This document shows, one piece after another, positions 1 to 9,463 of a DNA stretch of 64,000 bases (the stretch's first letter is position 1; the number at the start of each line of letters is the position of its first letter). This DNA is from Chloroflexota bacterium (GTDB lineage Bacteria; Chloroflexota; Anaerolineae; Promineifilales; Promineifilaceae): the NCBI GenBank assembly GCA_041390905.1, contig JAWKPA010000012.1:63216-127215 (forward strand), read 5' to 3'. The position numbers were made by a program, and so were the translations under genes. Under the pieces are notes generated by a model, which had not been told where the DNA came from, searched no databases, and saw nothing but the letters and a program-made list of their open reading frames with translations.

Positions 1-124
1 CCTACACCCCACTCTCCACACCAAAAAATCACCGAATGTTTGCGCGGCAGTCCGCTGTTTGTGCTATACTAAATGGGCAAATTTCGGTGAATTTTGGGCA
101 TTTCCCAAGGAGAGTAAATAAGAG

Positions 125-298
125 ATGGCAAAGACAACACATAAACGGCGCGTGGTAAAGAAGAACCCAACGTTGCAAAAAGAACGCCCCGAAGGGCCGG
201 TGGCTCGAAAGCGGAACATTAACTGGGCCAAGTGGGTGGCAATTGCAATTGCTGTGCTGGTTTCGCTCAGCATGATTCTGTCTCTAATCAAGTTTTAG
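125..298 (+). CDS. small hypothetical membrane protein (57 aa); basic N-terminus plus one TM helix
   Basis: ATG at 125 preceded by AAGGAGAG (107-114). Reading MAKTTHKRRVVKKNPTLQKERPEGPVARKRNINWAKWVAIAIAVLVSLSMILSLIKF. Not in the supplied ORF track (below its size cutoff). The antisense 64..291 ORF is less plausible. Confidence 0.4.
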   Translation: MAKTTHKRRVVKKNPTLQKERPEGPVARKRNINWAKWVAIAIAVLVSLSMILSLIKF

Positions 299-344
299 AC
301 CCTGGCAGGCAGATAATAGGTTGGCTTGGCATTATGCCGGGTTT

Positions 345-470
345 TTTGTTACCGCAGACGTCAATCAGGCTTTGTTGGCTTTTCAGAATTTGAACCGCAA
401 AGAGCGCAAAGGGCGCGAAGAAAGAAAAAACAAGCCAAAACTTTGCGTTCTTTGCGCCCTCTGCGGTTAA
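345..470. repeat. imperfect inverted-repeat element (gaaccgcaaagagcgcaaagggcgc ... gcgttctttgcgccctctgcggtt); same family as the outer arms of the 21815-22018 element
   Basis: Arms share the core CCGCAGAGGGCGCAAAG / CTTTGCGCCCTCTGCGG with the copy at 21826-21850 / 21990-22016. Lies downstream of the Nudix gene's 3' end. Confidence 0.5.
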
Positions 471-481
471 TGAGCAAACAT

Positions 482-1447
482 CTAGAAAACGGCCGTTTTC
501 CCCCCTCTCAACCCATCTTCAATCCGATCCCGGTGGCGCGGCGGCAGCGGCGGCAGGTTATCCGGGGCAAAGTAGCGCAGCTCCAGCGACTCCTCGCCGT
601 CGGCGCAAAGTGTACCGCCCACCACGCGGCACAAAAACAGCGTGCTAACATATTTCATCAAGTCGCCGTTGGGGTAAGCCACCGCAAACCGATCATCCGA
701 GTAAACCCCCGCGACCTGTACCGGCTCGATTACCAGCCCCGTTTCCTCAAAAATCTCGTGGATCACCGTCTGGTCAATCCGCTCCCCCAGCTCCATGCCC
801 CCGCCCGGCAATGCCCAACTGCCATCATCGCCACGCCGCTGCAACAGCACATGGCCGTTTTCGTCCAAAACAAGGGCGGCGGCGGCGGGGCAAATAAACC
901 GAGCTTGCCCCACATGGCGGCGCACAAAGCGGAAGTACGGTTCATCGGCGCGGCTGTTGCCCGGCTGCCCACGCTGAAAGCTGGCTTCGGGCCGGTTGGC
1001 AAGGCAATCTTCGGCCATAGCGCGGTACCAAACGGCCGTTTCCCCCAACCTGTCCAACAATTCCCCCGGCTCACACCACACCAGCCCCGTCGTTTCATCC
1101 CCATCCAGCAGTAGTTCCCCCCCCGTGACACGGCATTCAAAGGTGGCGGTAAACTGCTGCACCTGGTCGCCGTTGGGATACGCCACATCAAAATCGGGCG
1201 AACTGTAGAGGCCAATCAGCCGCGTCACGGCCACATCCAGCCCCGTTTCCTCGCGGGCTTCGCGCACGGCGCAAGCGGGCAAACTTTCGCCCAACTCCAG
1301 CACGCCGCCGCTGAACCCCCACCAGCCAAAGTCGCCTCGCTGTTGCAGCAGAAAACGGCCGTTACTGTCCCGAATAACGGCCGTTGCCGTTACCAAAATA
1401 ATTTTTTGTGAACCAACCTGGCTCCGAATCCAATGCAAATACGACAT
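482..1447 (-). CDS. tandem (double) Nudix hydrolase
   Basis: Two Nudix boxes: GGVLELGESLPACAVREAREETGL and GGGMELGERIDQTVIHEIFEETGL. AAAGG lies 7 nt upstream of the ATG. Confidence 0.85.
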   Translation of the reverse strand: MSYLHWIRSQVGSQKIILVTATAVIRDSNGRFLLQQRGDFGWWGFSGGVLELGESLPACAVREAREETGLDVAVTRLIGLYSSPDFDVAYPNGDQVQQFTATFECRVTGGELLLDGDETTGLVWCEPGELLDRLGETAVWYRAMAEDCLANRPEASFQRGQPGNSRADEPYFRFVRRHVGQARFICPAAAALVLDENGHVLLQRRGDDGSWALPGGGMELGERIDQTVIHEIFEETGLVIEPVQVAGVYSDDRFAVAYPNGDLMKYVSTLFLCRVVGGTLCADGEESLELRYFAPDNLPPLPPRHRDRIEDGLRGGKTAVF

Positions 1448-1473
1448 GTGTACCTTTGCGTGAGCTTCTTTCG

Positions 1474-1746
1474 CTATCCACCAAAACGAAACCCAGCCAC
1501 CTCTTCCTGCAACTGCGCCTTTGTTTCTGCCGAGAGGTCATTCCACTTTTGCCCCGTCATTGCCCCGTGCAGCGCATAAAGCAGGTTGAGGCTGGCACGC
1601 TCTCGCTGTGCCTTTACCAAACAGTAGGCCGTCACCGCCCCCATTTCGCGCAAATCAGTGAGGGTCACTACCCCGATTTCGCGCAGCCACGCCGCCGACG
1701 CTGGCCCCAAGTTAAGGGCATTCTCCAACTCATTTGTATTGTTCAT
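1474..1746 (-). CDS. TfoX C-terminal-domain-like (helix-hairpin-helix) small protein
   Basis: 90 aa; NLGPASAAWLREIGVVTLTDLREMGAVTAYCLVKAQ resembles TfoX_C / HhH. Sits between the TetR and Nudix genes on the same strand. Confidence 0.45.
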   Translation of the reverse strand: MNNTNELENALNLGPASAAWLREIGVVTLTDLREMGAVTAYCLVKAQRERASLNLLYALHGAMTGQKWNDLSAETKAQLQEEVAGFRFGG

Positions 1747-1752
1747 TTCTGT

Positions 1753-2394
1753 TCAACCAGTGCGACGCACCGCTGCGGTGTGTTGCGCTTCCATACCGTT
1801 CACCCCCAACTGCTCATCCGCCGCCATCGCCGAATACGTCCCCACTGTGCAAAGCTGGAACAGCGACCGCGCCATAAACTCTGGCGAATACGGCATGTTG
1901 TTTTCCAGCCACCAGCTAATGAGCGCAAACAGCGACCCAGCCACATGCCATGAAATCATTGAAGCTGGCAAAGGCTCCGTTTGCACCTGTGCCAGCACCA
2001 TCTGCCGTTCGTTATAGGCAGCAATGTAGCGAATGACGTTGCTGGTAACATAACCCAGCCCCTGCTGGCTTAGCACCGTGCGAAACAGGGCCTGATTTTC
2101 AGCCACATATTCAAACACCCGCTGCATGTGGAGCGGGTTGCCCCATGGCGGCTCGCCGTTGCTTTCTGCTTCCAAAAGCTGCACCAACTCATCAAAATGT
2201 GTTTCCAGGCTATCTACCAGCAGCTCTTCCTTGCTGCCATAGTGCAAGTAAAATGTAGCGCGGTTCAGATCGGCCCGTTCCGTGATGTCTTGAATGGTGA
2301 TAGATTCATAGGATCGCTCCAAAATAAGTGCCAAAATGGCCTCACTCAGTTGCTTTCGTGTTCGTAGCACCCGCCTATCTGTTTTTTTCTTCAT
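1753..2394 (-). CDS. TetR/AcrR family transcriptional regulator
   Basis: N-terminal TetR HTH (TRKQLSEAILALILERSYESITIQDITERADLNRATFYLHY). Start placed at MKKKTDRR (cat at 2392-2394). Divergent from the P450 gene. Confidence 0.8.
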   Translation of the reverse strand: MKKKTDRRVLRTRKQLSEAILALILERSYESITIQDITERADLNRATFYLHYGSKEELLVDSLETHFDELVQLLEAESNGEPPWGNPLHMQRVFEYVAENQALFRTVLSQQGLGYVTSNVIRYIAAYNERQMVLAQVQTEPLPASMISWHVAGSLFALISWWLENNMPYSPEFMARSLFQLCTVGTYSAMAADEQLGVNGMEAQHTAAVRRTG

Positions 2395-2590
2395 ACCAGC
2401 CAGCCTTTTTATTAACATCTGTCGCTTATTCAACAGGATGACCATGTTGCTTGTTGACAAATTGGGCAACATCTATACTATTTTATTAACAAATTGCTGT
2501 TTAATCAACACAGTGTTGAATAATTGACTGTTTTCAAGTGCGCTGTACACCTGGCGTGCAACGCACTTAGGATAGACGGAGTGGTGTCAC
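2395..2590. promoter_or_regulatory. AT-rich divergent promoter/operator region between the TetR and P450 genes
   Basis: Imperfect palindromes TTGTTGACAAATTGGGCAACA and TTAACAAATTGCTGTTTAATCAACA...TGTTGAATAATTGAC. This is the typical placement for a TetR operator. Confidence 0.4.
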
Positions 2591-3997
2591 ATGAGTGCTT
2601 TATTACCTCCCGGCCCTGAAAGCAAGGGCATTTGGGGCAATCTAAACGAGTTTGCGCCTAATCCACCGGTATATTTGCTCAAACTAGCCAAAACCTACGG
2701 GTCAATTTCCCGCTTTCGCATTCTCAACCGCCATATGTATCTGCTGACTGACCCGGACATGATTCGGGAAGTGCTGGTGAAGCAGCAGGAGATTTTTGCC
2801 AAAACGCCATTTGACAAGGAAGTGCTGGGGCGGTTTTTGGGAAAGGGGCTGCTGACCAGCGATGGGGAATTTCACAAACAGCAGCGAAAATTGGTGCAGC
2901 CTGCCTTCCACATGAAGCGGATTCGGGAATATGCTGAGGTGATGGTTCAGTATACGGAGCGAATGTTGAACGGCTGGCAGGACGGGGAGGTGCGCCGTTT
3001 GGATGAGGAGATGATGGCGCTGACGATGATGATTGTCTCTAAAACGCTGTTTGACGCTGATGTGGAAACGATGGAGACGCAGGTGCAGGCGGTGGAGGAG
3101 GCGATGGATGTGGTGCAGCGCAGCTCGAACGCCGATTATCGGCGTGGCTTCCCGGTGCCAAACTGGCTGCCAACGCGCAACAACCGGGAGCGGAAGCAGG
3201 CGGCGAAGGTGCTGGCGGAGGTGTTGGGGGGGATTATTGCGGAGCGGCGGAGGGAGGAAACGGCCGTTGATCACGGTGATCTTCTTTCCATGCTGCTTCT
3301 GGCGCAGGGAGAAGACGGCAGCCAAATGAGTGACCAGCAAGTGCTGGACGAAGCGGTGACGCTGTTTGCGGCGGGACACGAAACGACATCCAACGCGCTG
3401 ACGTGGGCGTGGTATTTGTTGAGCCAGCATCCGGAGGTGGAGGCGCGGCTGCATGAAGAGGTGGATGGGACGCTAAACGGCCGTTTACCCACCCTCCACG
3501 ACCTGCCTAACTTGCCCTATACGGAAATGGTGATCAAGGAAGCTCTGCGGCTTTACCCACCAGCGTGGATGTTAAACGGCCGTTCGCCCCTTACCGACAC
3601 CGAAGTGGGCGGCTACCCCATCAAAAAGGGGAGCATTGTCTTTATCAGCCCCTATGTCATGCACCGACTGCCACACTATTTTGACGAGCCGGAAGCGTTT
3701 CGGCCGGAACGGTTTACGCCAGAACTGGAAAAAGAGCTGCCGCGCTATGTCTATCTGCCGTTTGGGGCTGGGCCACGGGTGTGCATTGGCAATTCATTTG
3801 CCATGATGGAGGCACAACTGCTGCTGGCAACCATCGCCCAGCGTTTCTGTTTTGAACTGGTGCCGGGGCAGGAAGTTGTGCCAAATCCGCTGATTACCCT
3901 GTCGCCGCGTGACGGGCTGCGTATGCGGCTGGTGGCGCGGGAGGCAGAGCCAGGCCATGTCGCAGCGGGAGAAGCCGTTTATGCAATGGGGGATTGA
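2591..3997 (+). CDS. cytochrome P450 monooxygenase
   Basis: Heme-binding loop FGAGPRVCIGNSFA. I-helix AGHETTS. GGAG lies 10 nt upstream of the ATG. Confidence 0.9.
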   Translation: MSALLPPGPESKGIWGNLNEFAPNPPVYLLKLAKTYGSISRFRILNRHMYLLTDPDMIREVLVKQQEIFAKTPFDKEVLGRFLGKGLLTSDGEFHKQQRKLVQPAFHMKRIREYAEVMVQYTERMLNGWQDGEVRRLDEEMMALTMMIVSKTLFDADVETMETQVQAVEEAMDVVQRSSNADYRRGFPVPNWLPTRNNRERKQAAKVLAEVLGGIIAERRREETAVDHGDLLSMLLLAQGEDGSQMSDQQVLDEAVTLFAAGHETTSNALTWAWYLLSQHPEVEARLHEEVDGTLNGRLPTLHDLPNLPYTEMVIKEALRLYPPAWMLNGRSPLTDTEVGGYPIKKGSIVFISPYVMHRLPHYFDEPEAFRPERFTPELEKELPRYVYLPFGAGPRVCIGNSFAMMEAQLLLATIAQRFCFELVPGQEVVPNPLITLSPRDGLRMRLVAREAEPGHVAAGEAVYAMGD

Positions 3998-4159
3998 TTG
4001 AGCTATTGATCTGCCAGGAAAGAAAATGGATACGCCGATGACGCGGATCGGGGCGGATTCTCGCGGTTAAGAGGTGTCTTCTCAATATTCTTGGGCGAAC
4101 AAAGTGTGAGCGTTTGACTGACCTCACATCGAATGTTTACACTTTTGCCACAACGGATT

Positions 4160-4245
4160 GAAAAGGTTCGTTTATTCGTTTCTAATTCGTTGGCAGTTTT
4201 TGCACAGTGACAACGAATAACAACGAATAAACGAATCATTGGCAT
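4160..4245. repeat. AT-rich imperfect inverted repeat (GGTTCGTTTATTCGTTTCTAATTCGTT ... AACGAATAACAACGAATAAACGAATC)
   Basis: About 24-nt arms with a 20-nt loop, in the non-coding gap between the P450 3' end and the low-GC membrane-protein genes. Could be a terminator or a small structured RNA. Confidence 0.35.
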
Positions 4246-4264
4246 CGGCGTTCTTATTCTAAAT

Positions 4265-4741
4265 TTAGGAATAAATCACACTAAAGAACCAGAGTGTGAG
4301 CAGATGGATGAGGCCAAGCAGAAGGGTGCTGCCACCGTGAATCACAACGGCCGTTTTTCCCACTCCCCATCCTGGTTCCACACCGCGCCACCGCCAAAAA
4401 ACGGCCGTTGTGCCACTGTTCAATAGCCATAGTTCTAGCAACCCCAGCCCCACTCGTGGTAAGGTAGCATGTTTATAAGGGACAGCAACCATCCCAATAT
4501 TTTGCACGAGAAAAGCCACCCAATATACACCTGAAGACTCAAGCAACCCTGCCAGACTAAACAAAAGCCATATGGCAATGAAACAAACGATGAAAAGCAG
4601 GATTGACTCTTGCACGCTTTGTTTTATTGGAAACTGTTTGCAACGATAGAGCAGATAGCATTCGGCGGCTATCTTGCTAATACTCATCACAGGAACCATA
4701 ATCGTTATGATGAAACCAACGACCAGCCATTCACCGACCAT
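4265..4741 (-). CDS. hypothetical polytopic membrane protein (low-GC segment)
   Basis: Start at MVGEWLVVGF (cat 4739-4741) with AAGGAGAG 7 nt upstream. Several hydrophobic helices. No recognisable family. Confidence 0.55.
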   Translation of the reverse strand: MVGEWLVVGFIITIMVPVMSISKIAAECYLLYRCKQFPIKQSVQESILLFIVCFIAIWLLFSLAGLLESSGVYWVAFLVQNIGMVAVPYKHATLPRVGLGLLELWLLNSGTTAVFWRWRGVEPGWGVGKTAVVIHGGSTLLLGLIHLLTLWFFSVIYS

Positions 4742-4888
4742 GATGTGACTCTCCTTAGCGCGATGCCTACGACGAAAACAGGCGCGTGTAGACATATGAC
4801 AGGATGGTTAATCCAACAATGAGGCAAAAGCTGGTGATGTTGGCATAAACGGCCGTTCGCCACACCTTTGAAAGAGGATGCCGTTTTG

Positions 4889-5188
4889 TCAACGAGAGCA
4901 GCCATGCTTCCGCCGGAATAGCAAACAAACCAAAAAGCAACACGGCCACCTCGCCAGATGGAACCTATGCAGAATTCGCCCACTAGCCAATGCAACGATC
5001 CACATCCCTGCCCAGGCAGGAAAGATCCCCAGCAAATTCATGATCAAGGCATCCACTAAACAGCGTTGGCCTGTCCCCCAGCCGAGACACCACATGACAA
5101 ACGCTTCGCTTCCTATCACCAACGGCACCCCCAAATAGGGTGAACGAGGAAAGAAAACCCCCAATGCCATTTCTACGAAATTGGGCAT
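4889..5188 (-). CDS. hypothetical membrane protein; possibly the N-terminal part of a frameshifted gene continuing in ORF 4767..4949
   Basis: Start MPNFVEMALGVFF (cat 5186-5188) with GAGGAGG 5 nt upstream. The overlapping ORF 4767..4949 in another frame continues as hydrophobic sequence. Confidence 0.45.
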   Translation of the reverse strand: MPNFVEMALGVFFPRSPYLGVPLVIGSEAFVMWCLGWGTGQRCLVDALIMNLLGIFPAWAGMWIVALASGRILHRFHLARWPCCFLVCLLFRRKHGCSR

Positions 5189-5311
5189 ATTGACCTCCTC
5201 AACAGCATTTGCCTGCTGTTTACCGCGCCAAATTGTCCAATTCAAGCTGTAAAGTTGTCCGAGTGTTGTCCGTAGGAAAAAGAAAAGATGCGTTTCGGCA
5301 AAATTTGTGGT

Positions 5312-6868
5312 CTAGTGTTTTTGATTTTCGGCTAATTCATCTTGCCAAAGCATGTCGGCCAGCCGCAAACGGCCGTTTTCCAAATAATGGGCATATAGCC
5401 TCCCCCCGGTACGCGCCCCGCTTGCCAACTCCACCCCACAGGCACGCTCCACCTCCCGAATAATTTCCTGCCGCGTCTTGCCCTCCACATACCCCTTCAC
5501 CAGCAGCAAATACGCCACCCACTGATCCGAAGCCGGGTTTGGCGGTTGCACACCCGGCGCGGGGCAAAAGTGATTATGAAGGTATTCCTCGAAAAAGTGA
5601 CGCAGCACCCGTGCCTTTTCCGCTTCCGAAAGGGCGGTTAACGGCAATTTGTTTTGTTGGGCAAAGGTGATTAACGGCCGTTGCAACAACTTCAAAGACA
5701 ACAGCCGACTTTGCCCCATCACCTCATCCTTGGCAAACTGTTTGTGGCGAAAAATGGCCTGCACTTCATCGGCAATCAATTCCCGCAGTTGCGCCACCTG
5801 CGCCGCTTGCGTCAGGGCGATCAACGCCTGCTGCGCCATCGCCAACGCTTCCTGCTGGTCGGGAGCCAGCAAAATCGCCTGCCGCACCTGATCAAACTGA
5901 AATAAAAAGCGCGACTCCCAGTTGGGCAGCAGCAGCCGATTAACCAGCAGCAAAAACCAGGGGCGTGCCGCCGCCGTTCCCAGCAGCAAGACGACGGTTA
6001 GCAACACCGTAAACGGCGGCAAAATAATCCCCATCAGGCCATGCGCCCCATACAAAATGAGCAAAAAGATTGCTACATTCAGCACCGTTCGCCCCAGCGA
6101 GCGACGAAAATCGTGCGCCACCTGCTTTTGCTGTAAAAAAGCATCGTAGTGGGCAATACCGCGCCCCACCAGCGTCAGTCCCACCGCCAGCACCCCATGC
6201 CCAACTTGTTCCGGTAGCCAGCCACTGGCATATCCAGCAATGCTCAGCGATGCGCCCAGGGCAACAATGGTGCCGCCAGCCACCAGCCAACGGAACTCGC
6301 GCTGTTCATGGCTTTGTGGTTGGCTGCTTCGGTATCGCTGCCACAATAGATAAACGGCCGTCCACAACACCACCCCCAAAAAACCACTATAAAACAGCCA
6401 TTGACCAGCCGCCAATGGCACAAAAAACGGCTCAATCCCTGCCAAGCTTGGGGCAATCTCGCCATAACGAAAAATAGATTCGCTAAAACTGCCCCACAGC
6501 GTCAACACCACAGCATAAACCAACACGACTCTTGGCGACCAGCGGGCAAAGCCAGACAGTTTCATGATCGTCGGCTGTGGCAATCGCGCCACCGCCCGAA
6601 ACCAAAGCGCAATTGCCAACGGTACCGTCCACCAGCCACCACGCAGCCAAAAGAGGTAGCTCGCAGGATCTGGAGCGGCTACCCTCATCGCCCCCCCAAA
6701 AAAGAAAAGCGACACCAGGGTTAACCCCAAACCCGCCGACATGGCCGTCGTTCGCAACAAATCGCGCCACGCCAGTTCGCCTACTTCTAGCGGCAAGCCG
6801 CGTGTCAACACATACAGCCCTAGCCAGAGGAAAAAGCCGCCAATGAAGAGTTCAAAATGGAAGAGCAT
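5312..6868 (-). CDS. hypothetical membrane protein (about 8 TM helices) with a C-terminal cytoplasmic domain
   Basis: 518-aa ORF. The hydrophobic N-terminal two-thirds are followed by a soluble about 200-aa tail. Lies 27 nt downstream of the amidase gene on the same strand. Confidence 0.55.
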   Translation of the reverse strand: MLFHFELFIGGFFLWLGLYVLTRGLPLEVGELAWRDLLRTTAMSAGLGLTLVSLFFFGGAMRVAAPDPASYLFWLRGGWWTVPLAIALWFRAVARLPQPTIMKLSGFARWSPRVVLVYAVVLTLWGSFSESIFRYGEIAPSLAGIEPFFVPLAAGQWLFYSGFLGVVLWTAVYLLWQRYRSSQPQSHEQREFRWLVAGGTIVALGASLSIAGYASGWLPEQVGHGVLAVGLTLVGRGIAHYDAFLQQKQVAHDFRRSLGRTVLNVAIFLLILYGAHGLMGIILPPFTVLLTVVLLLGTAAARPWFLLLVNRLLLPNWESRFLFQFDQVRQAILLAPDQQEALAMAQQALIALTQAAQVAQLRELIADEVQAIFRHKQFAKDEVMGQSRLLSLKLLQRPLITFAQQNKLPLTALSEAEKARVLRHFFEEYLHNHFCPAPGVQPPNPASDQWVAYLLLVKGYVEGKTRQEIIREVERACGVELASGARTGGRLYAHYLENGRLRLADMLWQDELAENQKH

Positions 6869-6894
6869 ATGTGTAGTGTCGAGGCATACCTCGA

Positions 6895-8187
6895 CTACGC
6901 CCCGTTCAATGCCGCCTCAATCTGCTTCCCCCAGCCAAACAACAGCTCATCCTGCTGCCAGCCGGCCGCTAACTGCAACCCCAGCGGCAGCCCATGCTCA
7001 TCAAATCCGGCGGGAACGGTGAGGGTGGGGACACCGGCGTGGGTCCAGGGCAGATTCATTACCGGGTCGCCGGTGCTGTCCAGCCCGGCAGGGGCCGCAC
7101 CAAGGGCGGGGGGAGAGAGCCACACATCCACGCCGTGGGCAGCGGCGGCAGCGGCCAGTTCGTGGCGCAGTTGCGCCCGCCCAGCCAGGGCAGTTTGGAG
7201 AGAAACGGCCGTTATTCCCCGTCCCCGCACAATCAAATCAGCCGTTTTGGGATGATACCGTTCCCCATATTCCGCAAACCATTGCCCGTGAACCTGCGCC
7301 GCATCCGCCGCCACAATCACGTTATGGCGGGCGTAGATGTCGTCAAAATCAGCCATCAGCGGCACAGATTGCAGCCCAAACCCGGCCGCCGCCAGCCTGT
7401 CGCAGGTGGCGCGAAAATGCGCCAGCCCCACCGCCGAGGTGCGCTGCAAATACGCCCCTTCGGGAATGCCCAGCGTGGGGCGGCTGGCGGCAACGGGCTG
7501 CCAATCGGCGCACAGCAGGCTGGCGGCCAGTTCGCACCCGGCCACGTCGCTGGCAAACAGGCCAATGTGGTCCACCGAGGGGGACAGCGGGATGACCCCG
7601 GCGCGGGAAATGCGGTCATAGGTGGGTTTGTAGCCGACTGCGCCGCAAAAAGCAGCCGGGCGATTGATGGAGCCAATTGTCTGCGTGCCAAAGGTTAGCG
7701 GAGCCAGCCCCGCGCTCACCGCCGCCGCCGAGCCGCTGCTGGAGCCGCCGGGGGTGTGGGCCAGGTTGTAGGGGTTGCGAGTGGGGCCAGGGGCAAAGTA
7801 GGCAAATTCGGTGGTGACGGTTTTGCCTAAAATGAGTGCCCCGGCCGCTTTGAGCTGGGTCACGCTGGTGGCTTCCTGCCCTTGAATGGCGCTGGCGGGG
7901 ACGCGGCTACCCGCCTGGGTGACAAAGCCATCGGTGTGGAAAATGTCTTTCACGCCGATGGGAATGCCAAACAGCGGTGGGCGGGCGGCGGGGTCGGGGT
8001 ATTGGGAGAGCAGGGCCTGGGCATCGCGGCGCAGGCGGGCAAAGCGGTTTTCTTCGGGGACAAAAGCCAGCACGTCTGGCTCGCGCTGGTTAAAATAGGC
8101 TTCGAGTTGGTCGAGGTGGGTGAGGAGGGATAAACGGCCGTTTCTCAACTCAGCGGCCAGTTGGGTTAATGAATGGTGGGCAAACAT
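6895..8187 (-). CDS. amidase (amidase-signature family)
   Basis: GGSSSGSAAAVSAG signature and a catalytic Ser-cisSer-Lys context. Start at MFAHHSL (cat 8185-8187) with AAGGATGA upstream. The longer ORF N-terminus only reads through the upstream hairpin. Confidence 0.85.
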   Translation of the reverse strand: MFAHHSLTQLAAELRNGRLSLLTHLDQLEAYFNQREPDVLAFVPEENRFARLRRDAQALLSQYPDPAARPPLFGIPIGVKDIFHTDGFVTQAGSRVPASAIQGQEATSVTQLKAAGALILGKTVTTEFAYFAPGPTRNPYNLAHTPGGSSSGSAAAVSAGLAPLTFGTQTIGSINRPAAFCGAVGYKPTYDRISRAGVIPLSPSVDHIGLFASDVAGCELAASLLCADWQPVAASRPTLGIPEGAYLQRTSAVGLAHFRATCDRLAAAGFGLQSVPLMADFDDIYARHNVIVAADAAQVHGQWFAEYGERYHPKTADLIVRGRGITAVSLQTALAGRAQLRHELAAAAAAHGVDVWLSPPALGAAPAGLDSTGDPVMNLPWTHAGVPTLTVPAGFDEHGLPLGLQLAAGWQQDELLFGWGKQIEAALNGA

Positions 8188-8249
8188 CGGGTCATCCTTT
8201 TTGGGTGGCATATGGGCGTATTGTAAACAATGTTTGGCTGGGGACAAAG

Positions 8250-8312
8250 TGGACGACAGATGACGGACGACGGACGACGGACGACGGAAGTTGTCTGTCG
8301 TCGATTGTCCGT
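8250..8312. repeat. heptamer-tandem hairpin element (GACGGAC type)
   Basis: gacgacagatgacggacgacggacgacggacgacgg - loop - gtctgtcgtcgattgtccgtcgtc. Sits between the divergent amidase and GNAT starts. Confidence 0.7.
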
Positions 8313-8330
8313 CGTCAAGGAATATACACA

Positions 8331-8801
8331 ATGGCAGAACTAATGATTCGTGAGGCGACTGTAAATGATTGTGCGGCGTTGGCGTGGCTGAACCAACTGT
8401 TTAACGGCGGGGATGGGGATGTGGAGCAGATGGGGCGGCAGATGGTGGCGGCGAGGGGGGTAGAACGGCCGTTTCTCGCCTTTCTCAACACCCAGCCCGT
8501 TGGTTTTGCCTGCCTGCGCCTCATCCCCATGGTGTGCGACCCGCACCCCTATGCCGAGCTAACCGAACTATTTGTGCTGGAAGAAGCGCAGCGGCAAGGC
8601 GTGGGGCGAGCCTTGCTTGCCCATGTAGAAGCCGTGGCGCAGCAAGCAGGCGCAACCCGTATGGGGCTGATGACAGGACTGGATAACCGCAATGCCCAAG
8701 CCTTTTACCGTCGCCTGGGCTACAGCGACGACGGATTGGAAATGGAAAAAATGCTGCAAAACAGTGCCGGAAATGTTAAATCAGATTTAACATTGTTTTA
8801 A
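8331..8801 (+). CDS. GNAT family N-acetyltransferase
   Basis: MAELMIREATVNDCAAL... Acetyl-CoA motif RQGVGRALL. AAGGA lies 10 nt upstream of the ATG at 8331. Confidence 0.8.
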   Translation: MAELMIREATVNDCAALAWLNQLFNGGDGDVEQMGRQMVAARGVERPFLAFLNTQPVGFACLRLIPMVCDPHPYAELTELFVLEEAQRQGVGRALLAHVEAVAQQAGATRMGLMTGLDNRNAQAFYRRLGYSDDGLEMEKMLQNSAGNVKSDLTLF

Positions 8802-8876
8802 GCCCAACTTTAAGCAAGTATCAACAAAATCGAATACTATGTGAACAAGTGATTTACTGGTTTTGTATCGGAAAAG

Positions 8877-8912
8877 AAACGGTTTCGCTCCATACGGGAG
8901 CGAAATCGTTTT
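8877..8912 (+). terminator. stem-loop plus T-run (GTTTCGCTCC-atac-GGGAGCGAAAtC-GTTTT)
   Basis: Stem of 10-12 bp followed by GTTTT, about 80 nt after the GNAT stop. Confidence 0.4.
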
Positions 8913-8920
8913 AAGGAAAC

Positions 8921-9463
8921 ATGGCACACAACGTAGCAAGAAAATGGGGCATAAGCCCCACAAAGCGTAATCTTATTTGGGATATTGGTATCGGACTGGG
9001 TTTTCTGGTTGTTTTTAACCAGGACATGACTGGCAAAACGCTGCATGAATGGCTGGCAATGGCCTTATTTGCGGGTGTCATCGCCCACATCATTTTTCAT
9101 TGGAAATGGGTGGTCAACATCACCAAACGGTTTTTTACGGCCAAACTGCCGCCACAAACGCGGCTAAACTATGTGCTCAACGGCGGGCTGGCGGGGGCTT
9201 TTGTGCTAATGGGGATAAGCGGCCTCATGATTTCGGAATCAATCATGCCCATTATCGGGCTGGGGGATGCCGGGGGCTTGTGGAAAGATATTCACGAAAT
9301 AGCCAGCAAACTGGCCTTGGCGGCAGTCGGTGCCCATGTGCTGCTGCACTGGAAATGGCTGTGGGTCAACGGCCGTAAATATCTCATTGACGACTTCCTC
9401 AAGCGGCTCCCTGCCCTGGGTGGGCTAAAAACGTCCCCTTCGCGCAGCGATTCATTACCGTAG
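8921..9463 (+). CDS. DUF4405-like membrane protein (cytochrome-b-like, His-rich helices)
   Basis: 180 aa with four TM helices and conserved His residues (HIIFHWKW, HVLLHWKW). AAGGA lies upstream of the ATG at 8921. Confidence 0.55.
   Translation: MAHNVARKWGISPTKRNLIWDIGIGLGFLVVFNQDMTGKTLHEWLAMALFAGVIAHIIFHWKWVVNITKRFFTAKLPPQTRLNYVLNGGLAGAFVLMGISGLMISESIMPIIGLGDAGGLWKDIHEIASKLALAAVGAHVLLHWKWLWVNGRKYLIDDFLKRLPALGGLKTSPSRSDSLP

Noticed and set aside
326-1114. 262-aa + strand ORF
   Set aside because: Lies entirely antisense to the well-supported double-Nudix gene. Arg/Pro-rich low-complexity translation typical of high-GC antisense frames.
2702-3454. 250-aa minus-strand ORF inside the P450 gene
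   Set aside because: Antisense to a CDS with clear P450 motifs. Arg/His-rich junk translation.
6994-7698. 234-aa + ORF
   Set aside because: Antisense to the amidase gene. Gly/Arg-rich high-GC antisense artefact.
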